From: Methanobacteriota archaeon | GTDB lineage: Archaea > Thermoplasmatota > Thermoplasmata > SG8-5 > JAGLSY01 | Assembly (NCBI GenBank): GCA_020696385.1 | Contig: JAEHCQ010000010.1 | Location: 1 to 30,702, forward strand | Length of the DNA: 30,702 bases | Direction of reading: 5' to 3' | Shown here: piece by piece, positions 1 through 6,493 of the stretch | Layout: the number at the start of each line of letters is the position of its first letter | Numbering within the stretch: the stretch's first letter is position 1 | Translations under genes and position numbers: made by a program | Notes under the pieces: generated by a model | Database searches by the model: none | Seen by the model: the letters and a program-made list of their open reading frames with translations, nothing else | What the model was told of the DNA's origin: nothing

Positions 1-77
1 ATATATATTGTTAGGGTTCAGAGAATTGCTGGCTCCGATGTTTCGGGGTATGAAATCGCTGTTTTTGTCCCCGGGCG
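1..77 (+). repeat. Terminal direct repeat, left copy (circularisation overlap)
   Basis: atatatattgttaggg...tttttgtccccgggcg is identical to 30626-30702; 77 bp is a common assembler k-mer length. Confidence 0.97.
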
Positions 78-992
78 GAACATCGATGCATTTCTGTAAA
101 CCTCCGACATATCCACCAGGTCGATCCCCAGATATTCGATGGTCATGTTTATACTCGCATGGCCTAACATCTTGGACACTGTTATCAATGGTGGCTCTCT
201 CGGTTGTGGGTTCATCTGTAAGAGATTGAAGTAGGTTAATCTCGCCCCGGTTCGCCTCAGAGTGTGCGGGCTGACCTCCAGCCCTGCCCTCTCCCCGATG
301 CCTCTCACGGTGTTGTATATCTTTGTTTTCGAGGCTGGAACCAGACCCCACCGATATGAGTGGGTTAGCAATAGATTGTCGGGTATTGCCTGATCCTTTG
401 CTTTGGCTATCAGAGAATCCCGATAAGGTAGATACCTCTCCAGGACGGTTCTGGTCATTGGGTGAAACGGTAAGGTTCTCCATTTCCGGCCTTTGCTCAA
501 TACTGTGACAGTATTGTTCTGGAAGCTCTCCGGATATTTTAGGTTCCTGGATCCAATGGACCTTAACCACATTTCTAATAATAGATGGGTGATCATTTCC
601 TCCATTGGGGTTTCTATTGCTCCGAGGTAGCTTATCACTTCGGATTCTTGGAGCCAGTGGGCGTTTGGTCTTGGAGGCTTCTGGAAGTTCAGATATACCT
701 TTGTCATTTCTGGGTTCTCGGCCCATGTTAAGAATGTCTTGATTATCTTGGCCTCGAATTGGTAAGTGCTGATCGATACATCTTCTTTCCTTGCTTCCAG
801 AGTGACCATGAAGTCCTCTTTGGTGATCTTCAACGGCCTGGGGTGTATCCCTTGATCTGATAGGCGTTTCTGGAAGCCTGTTAATATGCTTCGGTATGTG
901 TCTATCGTCCTGGGGCTTCTGTTCCTCTCCTTCAATTCGCTTAGATATTTGTCCATTTGCCTTGTGTAAACTGTTTTGTAATTTCTTGGCAT
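18..992 (-). CDS. int: Tyrosine recombinase / site-specific integrase (full length)
   Basis: N-terminal core-binding region (YLSELKERNRSPRTIDTYRSIL). Catalytic set R (MWLRSIG), K (SKGRK), HxxR (PHTLRR), H (LGH), Y (TIEYL). Confidence 0.95.
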   Translation of the reverse strand: MPRNYKTVYTRQMDKYLSELKERNRSPRTIDTYRSILTGFQKRLSDQGIHPRPLKITKEDFMVTLEARKEDVSISTYQFEAKIIKTFLTWAENPEMTKVYLNFQKPPRPNAHWLQESEVISYLGAIETPMEEMITHLLLEMWLRSIGSRNLKYPESFQNNTVTVLSKGRKWRTLPFHPMTRTVLERYLPYRDSLIAKAKDQAIPDNLLLTHSYRWGLVPASKTKIYNTVRGIGERAGLEVSPHTLRRTGARLTYFNLLQMNPQPREPPLITVSKMLGHASINMTIEYLGIDLVDMSEVYRNASMFRPGTKTAISYPETSEPAIL

Positions 993-1037
993 TTGTATTG
1001 CCCCCTATTGGTGTGATAATATTAATTTGTTTCATGG

Positions 1038-1667
1038 TCACGCCTCCGCCTTGATGCCTCTGGCGTATTCGCGCCCCAGATCAATGATGTTCTTTGATCT
1101 TTCACCAACTCTCCTGGCCGGAGTGCCTGTATAAATGCCCCAGGGCTCCAGGTCTTTTGTTATGAGAGTGCATGAACCTGTGACCGATCCTTCTTTTATT
1201 GTTGTGCCTGGGTGGATTACTGAGTTTGTACCCATGACAGAGTAATCTTGCATTTCCACCACATCAGCCATGTTTGGCTTTCTGAATTTTGTGGGTACTG
1301 TTGGGCTTACCATGTATTCCCCTGTGAAATCATCTGAGCCAGTTATTACCCGGCATCCGGCTGTTAAAGAAGCGTAATCACCTATGATGAACTTACCGCC
1401 CCCAATGATGGAAACGAAAGAACAAATGTGTACATTTTTGCCTATCTCGATGCCCTGGCCTCCATAAATGAATGAAAAATCATCTATCTGGGTGTTATCG
1501 CCTATTTCTATGACTTCCGGCTTTACGATCTTGGCTAATGGGTGGATGGTGACATTCTCCCCGCATGATTTTAATAAAAGCTTTATATCGATCTCCCCAG
1601 ATCCTTTGCATTTATCACAAATTCGCCCCGCAAACTCCCCAGAGCCTCCGCAATTAGGGCAGTTCAT
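1038..1667 (-). CDS. Left-handed beta-helix (hexapeptide) sugar O-acetyltransferase with N-terminal CxxCxGxG zinc finger
   Basis: Hexapeptide repeats (IEIGDNTQIDDFSFI, IEIGKNVHI, IIGDYASL); C-terminal TKDLEPWGIYTGTPARRV; N-terminal CPNCGGSG...CDKCKGSG. Confidence 0.9.
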   Translation of the reverse strand: MNCPNCGGSGEFAGRICDKCKGSGEIDIKLLLKSCGENVTIHPLAKIVKPEVIEIGDNTQIDDFSFIYGGQGIEIGKNVHICSFVSIIGGGKFIIGDYASLTAGCRVITGSDDFTGEYMVSPTVPTKFRKPNMADVVEMQDYSVMGTNSVIHPGTTIKEGSVTGSCTLITKDLEPWGIYTGTPARRVGERSKNIIDLGREYARGIKAEA

Positions 1668-1801
1668 ACGATGCCTCCAAATTCGATGGTGTTTTCTTCT
1701 ACTTTTATTTTAGCGATGGTTCTTTTCTTAAAATCACACTCTGGGCAGTTGTGATCGTCACCTTTGAGGTTGTGGCAAACTGGACATTCTTCATTAATCA
1801 T
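1664..1801 (-). CDS. 45-aa zinc-binding micro-protein
   Basis: Manual translation MINEECPVCHNLKGDDHNCPECDFKK...; RBS GGGGGCGAG; ATGA overlap with next gene. Confidence 0.7.
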   Translation of the reverse strand: MINEECPVCHNLKGDDHNCPECDFKKRTIAKIKVEENTIEFGGIV

Positions 1802-1987
1802 TCACTCGCCCCCTTCTTTGTGTGTAGTGCCTATTATTTTTTGAATGCCCATTAATGCCAATAACAATGAAACAACTGCCAACAATATCGTATAGTACCA
1901 TTGCTGTACCTCGATAGAATTAATGGCAAATATTAATGCCATAGCAAAATACATTCCAGCATCTATAATCCTTAGTGCTATGCGCAT
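1802..1987 (-). CDS. Small two-TM membrane protein
   Basis: 61 aa with two hydrophobic segments; RBS and TGAATG junctions at both ends. Confidence 0.75.
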   Translation of the reverse strand: MRIALRIIDAGMYFAMALIFAINSIEVQQWYYTILLAVVSLLLALMGIQKIIGTTHKEGGE

Positions 1988-2164
1988 TCACTCGCCCCCT
2001 CTCTGCCTTGCCTCGATTGATGGGCAGATTGCTTCGGTATCGTAAACCTTATGTTCTGCCATGAAAATACAGGAATGACATATCATCCCGTCCCAGGTTG
2101 GATCTCCGCAAACTGGACATTCTGAGATACTACCGCCTAAAAGCACTGAGGATTCACCGACCAA
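1988..2164 (-). CDS. 58-aa CPxCG-type zinc micro-protein
   Basis: Manual translation from TTG after AGGAGG: ...ECPVCGDPTWDGMICHSC... Confidence 0.7.
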   Translation of the reverse strand: MVGESSVLLGGSISECPVCGDPTWDGMICHSCIFMAEHKVYDTEAICPSIEARQRGGE

Positions 2165-2182
2165 AATAATCCCTCCTTATGC

Positions 2183-2443
2183 TTATTCGTAGATTGAGCT
2201 TGCTTGCGACATTCCGAGATCGGATGCTGGCAAGTTGATTTCGTCAATCATTGATGGCTCGATGTGTTCGATGCTCTGGCCTGTTTGCCTCCAAACCTCG
2301 TAAAGATGCGGGTGATATTCCTCAAATTCGGAGATATGGCCTACAAACTTTTCATCGTATGTGCCATCCTCGTATTGAATGGCTATAATCAACATGGTTG
2401 GTGTAGCTTGCTCAACTTCTATCATACTTACTTGATTTTCCAT
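2183..2443 (-). CDS. Acidic hypothetical protein
   Basis: 86-aa ORF with upstream GAAGGAG RBS. Confidence 0.7.
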   Translation of the reverse strand: MENQVSMIEVEQATPTMLIIAIQYEDGTYDEKFVGHISEFEEYHPHLYEVWRQTGQSIEHIEPSMIDEINLPASDLGMSQASSIYE

Positions 2444-2579
2444 TTATTCAACTCCTTCTATTTTTCCTCTTTTACTACTTATTAAAATGTGATCGTTGTA
2501 GGGGCTCCCGGATGGTGTTGGAAGCCCTGGTTTACCTTCTATTATATGAGGCGATGGATTCTGGGATATAAAGGGGATT

Positions 2580-2618
2580 AAAAAAGTGGTGGGCTCCGGT
2601 GGGATGGACTGGAGCCCA
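2580..2618 (-). terminator. Hairpin + T-tract terminator
   Basis: 8-bp stem TGGGCTCC/GGAGCCCA followed on the minus strand by CCACTTTTTT. Confidence 0.6.
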
Positions 2619-2652
2619 AGAGAGGAAGTAATCTTGATCTTCTTAGAGGTGG

Positions 2653-2970
2653 TCATTGGGATGCCTCCTCGCTGAGTTTCGTGTGGTATATGGATATTAT
2701 TCGATCATCGATCAATGCGCTGAATAAAACGAATGTGGTGAACATCATCCCGAATGTAATTAAAACCGGGAAATAGAACATAAATGCCACTACAATAGCA
2801 GATAGTGTTATCTCTGCGAGTATTATATTATTTATATTCCTACCTTCTGATGCCCACATTTTTTTTGCGTATTCGCCAGTCTGCTTTGGCTTGTTCTTTG
2901 AGTTCATCGTATCAATTATAATTCCACAAGACAACATGGCGATTGCTAATAACATATAAAAATCATTCAT
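2653..2970 (-). CDS. Membrane protein (about 3 TM)
   Basis: 105 aa with hydrophobic segments; ATGA-coupled. Confidence 0.75.
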   Translation of the reverse strand: MNDFYMLLAIAMLSCGIIIDTMNSKNKPKQTGEYAKKMWASEGRNINNIILAEITLSAIVVAFMFYFPVLITFGMMFTTFVLFSALIDDRIISIYHTKLSEEASQ

Positions 2971-3128
2971 TGGGATACCTCTGGTTCGCTCAGTATCTCC
3001 TGGAGTTCCCTCATGGCCGTTTCTCTCAATAATTCAGATGCAAAAAGTAAATCTCCGAGGCTGATAATCTCAGGGTCTGTTATCAATATAAAACCATCAT
3101 CCAGTTTTATTGTTATTGTCCTGGTCAT
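2967..3128 (-). CDS. 53-aa hypothetical protein
   Basis: Manual translation MTRTITIKLDDGFILITDPEII...EVSQ; ATGA overlaps at both ends. Confidence 0.65.
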   Translation of the reverse strand: MTRTITIKLDDGFILITDPEIISLGDLLFASELLRETAMRELQEILSEPEVSQ

Positions 3129-3262
3129 TGCGCGACCATCCTCTTATCAATGGCTTCTCTGATCAATCCGCTAACATTTATTGATGGGTGTTTGTCCAGC
3201 CATGTCTTTTGATCGTGTCTTATGGTGGCGTTTATCCTTTCCATCTTTTCCGTCTTTGTCAT
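3125..3262 (-). CDS. Ribbon-helix-helix (CopG/Arc-like) regulator, 45 aa
   Basis: MTKTEKMERINATIRHDQKTWLDKHPSINVSGLIREAIDKRM: beta strand plus NVSGLIREAI helix. True start likely 3262 rather than 3496. Confidence 0.8.
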   Translation of the reverse strand: MTKTEKMERINATIRHDQKTWLDKHPSINVSGLIREAIDKRMVAQ

Positions 3263-3388
3263 TAGAGGGTATATTGCAGGGTGTGTATAAATACTTGTCG
3301 GTGTGCAAATAGCACTTTGCTTATTGTTACCAACCATTATGGATAAAATTATATATATACTGACATACCAATATACAAAATAGATAAA
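3263..3388. promoter_or_regulatory. Divergent promoter region between RHH and wHTH genes
   Basis: AT-rich, with TTATATATA at about 3349-3357 and TATAAATA at about 3286-3293, between head-to-head regulators. Confidence 0.6.
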
Positions 3389-3667
3389 ATGGAATATCAA
3401 AGAAGGGTTTGGGATCTCGAAAAGCAATCTGGCATCGTGAAATGCCTTATTGCCATGTGTGGTAAAGATAAACAAATGCTTTCGACAATCGCACATAAAA
3501 CGGAACTATCGACTACTGTATTGCATAGAGCAATCCAGAGGCTTATTGATTTAGAGCTGGTCGATCAAGATAGAAGCGATAAATTGAGAAGGTATTTGGT
3601 TTTGACAGATAAAGGTCAGAAAATTGCTGAAAAGCTTAAAGAGATTGATAAAATAATGATAGGATAG
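3389..3667 (+). CDS. Winged-helix (MarR/ArsR-like) transcription regulator
   Basis: LSTIAHKTELSTTVLHRAIQRLIDLELV...RRYLVLTDKGQKIAEKL. Confidence 0.88.
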   Translation: MEYQRRVWDLEKQSGIVKCLIAMCGKDKQMLSTIAHKTELSTTVLHRAIQRLIDLELVDQDRSDKLRRYLVLTDKGQKIAEKLKEIDKIMIG

Positions 3668-3714
3668 TGTTATTTCAGCCAATCCATGTAAGCGTGATTT
3701 GTACTGATATGATA

Positions 3715-3755
3715 AAAATAAAAGAATAAAAGGGTTAGATCAAAATTCTAACCCT
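3715..3755 (-). terminator. Terminator hairpin between convergent operons
   Basis: AGGGTTAGA/TCTAACCCT stem (3731-3755) with a T-rich run downstream on the minus strand. Confidence 0.6.
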
Positions 3756-3881
3756 GGCCCCGCACATAGAGCAAACATAATAGTTCGCTTTACCCTGGGC
3801 CAATCTTTGATGTTCTTTATAAACCAGAGATCCGAGCGCGCTACATTGTGGACAGTTTCGCTTATCTAACCGATCGACCAT
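3735..3881 (-). CDS. 48-aa zinc-ribbon micro-protein
   Basis: Manual translation MVDRLDKRNCPQCSALG...YYVCSMCGARVRILI. Confidence 0.7.
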   Translation of the reverse strand: MVDRLDKRNCPQCSALGSLVYKEHQRLAQGKANYYVCSMCGARVRILI

Positions 3882-3885
3882 AAGA

Positions 3886-4038
3886 TCAGGCCACCGGGTT
3901 AAAACATATGGTTATATCTGGATCTTCTTTTGTGTATTTCCATAGTATTTCAGCCAATAGCTTCGCATCGTCCGGCTCCATATCTCCGATCTCTAAGGTT
4001 AATTTATCACCCTCAAATATTGATATGCTCGATCTCAT
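3886..4038 (-). CDS. 50-aa hypothetical protein
   Basis: MRSSISIFEGDKLTLEIGDMEPDDAKLLAEILWKY...; follows the DUF3560 stop directly, with AAGGAG RBS. Confidence 0.6.
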   Translation of the reverse strand: MRSSISIFEGDKLTLEIGDMEPDDAKLLAEILWKYTKEDPDITICFNPVA

Positions 4039-5313
4039 TTAATCAGCTCCTTTGATTGTGGCTGGCTTAAATGCTTCTTTAAGCCCCTGGTATTCCTCGC
4101 CCTTGTCATCTATCACCGAAATGAAGTTATCGTCCGTATGGGCTTCTTTCACGGTGTATTTGTCACCTATCGCGCTGGTTACTATGTCACCTTTGACGAA
4201 TTGCATATTAACCCCTATCGTGATATTGTTTATTAGTTTACCCTCTATATCATTTAATTCGATTTCGGTTTCCTGTATCGGTTCGGGTTCCTCCGAATCA
4301 TGGAATATTGGAACTTGGTTTAATTCCAGCTCGCCCATGATCGCGCTGTAATCATCCTGTGATATTTCAGTTTCCTGGGGTTGATCTGGCTGATGTGAGG
4401 GGGACTTCGCCCCGGTTAATCGCTTGGCTGTATCGGTTGCGTATCTCGATCTTTTCCTCTGCCAAGCCCCCTCATTCCTGGACCATCTAAAACCATTTGA
4501 TTTTAATTTATTCCTGGTTTCCTGGTCTGGGATATCATCATATATTATTTGTAATCTGTTTATTTCCACATTATCAATTATGACCCCATCATTAAATTTT
4601 ATCTCCTGGGTTTCGTCTTGGGCTTGGGATTCTAATAAAGATAGTCTATCTTTCATCCTTTTCATATTGCTGTTATTGTTGGTTAGCTCGAAGGATGGAA
4701 ACCCAACACGGCCACAAAAATCGGGTTCTCTCAGCTTAATTATATTGCTTTCGGATATTCCCATATCCTTTAATTTCGCGTTTCCTTTGTCCTGGTCCTT
4801 TAGTCTGATTGCTGAATTAACTGCTTTCATTAATGTTTGTTTCTCCTGGGCCTTTTCAATCTTTGCTTTTAGCTTAATAATTGCGTCTTGATCGTCTGAG
4901 GAAATGGATTTATTCGCTTTCACGGTTTCGGCTCGCTGGCTGTAATATTGCGCTTTATCGCTTTCCTCTATGCTTTTTCTTATTGCGCTGTGTGATCTTT
5001 TTATTGCATTCCTGTGCTTCGATTCTGAATGATGGCCTACTAAAATGGGCTGACCGAAAACTATACCATCCGTGTAACTGTGAGATCGTTTCATGGATGA
5101 TGTGGCCCTCTCGCTGGCCTTTTGTGATCGTTCCTCGTACCTCTCAGCTTTGGCCTCTATGCGTTCCTGATATTCTGTTATATTCCCGGTTTCCTCTCTC
5201 CATTCTAATAGAGCTTTAAGATATTCCTGGGAGCTGTTATAATCGCTTTCCTGGGGTTGTGGTGTTTCCTGGAGTTGATCGAACTTGGTAAAATCAGTTT
5301 GCATTTTAATCAC
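4039..5313 (-). CDS. DUF3560-domain protein (polyvalent-protein-associated domains)
   Basis: Signature FGQPILVGHHSESKHRNAIKR...KAQYYSQRA; second domain NRLQIIYDDIPDQETRNKLKSNGFRWSRNEGAWQR. Confidence 0.85.
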   Translation of the reverse strand: MIKMQTDFTKFDQLQETPQPQESDYNSSQEYLKALLEWREETGNITEYQERIEAKAERYEERSQKASERATSSMKRSHSYTDGIVFGQPILVGHHSESKHRNAIKRSHSAIRKSIEESDKAQYYSQRAETVKANKSISSDDQDAIIKLKAKIEKAQEKQTLMKAVNSAIRLKDQDKGNAKLKDMGISESNIIKLREPDFCGRVGFPSFELTNNNSNMKRMKDRLSLLESQAQDETQEIKFNDGVIIDNVEINRLQIIYDDIPDQETRNKLKSNGFRWSRNEGAWQRKRSRYATDTAKRLTGAKSPSHQPDQPQETEISQDDYSAIMGELELNQVPIFHDSEEPEPIQETEIELNDIEGKLINNITIGVNMQFVKGDIVTSAIGDKYTVKEAHTDDNFISVIDDKGEEYQGLKEAFKPATIKGAD

Positions 5314-5713
5314 CCCATATTCCGGTTTCGTATTGTGGGAGATCGCGTATTATCTCAGATCCAATCATATCCTTTATTGATTCCATAGCTTTGAATAATC
5401 CCAATTCCATGATCTTTCCCTCTGTGCATTGATAAAGGAAACATTGGATTGATTTATAAACCTGGATCTTATTTGTGTATTCTGCTTTGATCGTTATCGG
5501 TTCTATATCCATCATTTGATCATTATATCTGTGTTCAACTGCGGAAACATTCATATTCATAAGATCGTTTCCTAATTGCTGGATTGTTTCCCGGTCCTCG
5601 AAGTTATATCCTAATTCTCCGAGTAATTTTATTTTCATATAATGTGAATCCTTATTCTCTATATATGTTAGTATCTGATTAATTGTTTTATCCCCTACTA
5701 TAAACGCACTCAT
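5306..5713 (-). CDS. Phage/plasmid-type hypothetical protein
   Basis: Likely start MSAFIVGDKTINQIL; motifs NVSAVEHRY and KSIQCFLYQCTEG recall a widespread mobile-element family (from memory). Confidence 0.75.
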   Translation of the reverse strand: MSAFIVGDKTINQILTYIENKDSHYMKIKLLGELGYNFEDRETIQQLGNDLMNMNVSAVEHRYNDQMMDIEPITIKAEYTNKIQVYKSIQCFLYQCTEGKIMELGLFKAMESIKDMIGSEIIRDLPQYETGIWGD

Positions 5714-5715
5714 TT

Positions 5716-6012
5716 TTAAGCCCCCATGTTTCTCTCTGCTATCTTGATCGAATCCAGGGCCATTTCCATACATTGTGCGTTTAATGTATCCTTTACCACT
5801 GAATACATTCCTGTTTCATGTATTTCTTTCCATTCCATCATTAAACGATCATAATTGTTTTTTACCGTTTCCCTCATTGCTGGAAGTAAAAGAGATATCA
5901 TTTTATCCTGGCTCAGATCGTTTAATTTTGATTCTGTCCTTTTCATCCCTATTATACTTGCTTTCATCGTTCCCTCGCATACGAGTTTCCATAGTTGATT
6001 TGAGTTTTCCAT
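5716..6012 (-). CDS. Hypothetical protein, first gene of the operon
   Basis: 98 aa with GAGGA RBS and upstream TATA. Confidence 0.7.
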   Translation of the reverse strand: MENSNQLWKLVCEGTMKASIIGMKRTESKLNDLSQDKMISLLLPAMRETVKNNYDRLMMEWKEIHETGMYSVVKDTLNAQCMEMALDSIKIAERNMGA

Positions 6013-6044
6013 TTTATCATTCCTCTAACCCATGTATATCACTT

Positions 6045-6062
6045 GTAGTATATAAAGATTAC
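6045..6062 (-). promoter_or_regulatory. Archaeal TATA box for the 6012-3735 operon
   Basis: Minus-strand TTTATATA at 6056-6049, about 37 bp before the ATG at 6012. Confidence 0.6.
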
Positions 6063-6151
6063 TGTAACATTTCGATACATTCCACTCTATAAGCATAATA
6101 ATAGTATAGTGATAATATAGAAGTGAAATAGTATAGTATCAGTATGATCTT

Positions 6152-6187
6152 AAAATAAAATGCGGGCTGAAAATAGGGCCAGCCCGC
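6152..6187 (-). terminator. Terminator of the structural operon
   Basis: GCGGGCTG/CAGCCCGC stem (6162-6187) followed by ATTTTATTTT on the minus strand. Confidence 0.7.
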
Positions 6188-6202
6188 GAACCCATGAAGG
6201 AT

Positions 6203-6478
6203 TTATAATCTGTCCTTTCTGCTCATATCGGATCGGTTCCTTCGCGTTTCCGTGTATCTTCTCCCACTCTTGGAAACTCTCCGGCCTGGTTTCATTGCGG
6301 TTCTTTGACGGTCTTTTTTTACGCTTCCGATCTTCCCGGTCTGTGGTAAAGTCCGAATATGTGATTTTACCCTTACGGTTCTCTTTTTGGCCGGGGCCTT
6401 CTTTCTCTTTGCTGGAGCTTTTCTTTTGGCTCCTAACTTGGTTTGCTTGGTTGATTTCCTTTTTGCGATAATTTTCAC
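6203..6478 (-). CDS. Highly basic small protein, putative nucleoprotein / DNA-condensing protein
   Basis: 36 of 91 residues are K/R; histone-H1-like KAPAK repeats; last gene of the structural operon. Confidence 0.8.
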   Translation of the reverse strand: MKIIAKRKSTKQTKLGAKRKAPAKRKKAPAKKRTVRVKSHIRTLPQTGKIGSVKKDRQRTAMKPGRRVSKSGRRYTETRRNRSDMSRKDRL

Positions 6479-6493
6479 CTCCCTTTAATTATA

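Noticed and set aside
1-77. 77-bp terminal repeat as biological terminal redundancy or attL/attR
   Set aside because: Exact 77-bp length matches a standard assembler k-mer, and there is no flanking host DNA; best read as a circularity artefact.
2444-2656. 70-aa ORF
   Set aside because: It spans a terminator hairpin and T tract and is Pro/Ser-rich; at most a leader peptide.
6100-6137. AATAGTATAGT repeated twice; possible mini-CRISPR or iterons
   Set aside because: Only 11 bp, two copies, in low-complexity AT-rich DNA. No CRISPR-like repeat-spacer periodicity was seen here or elsewhere.
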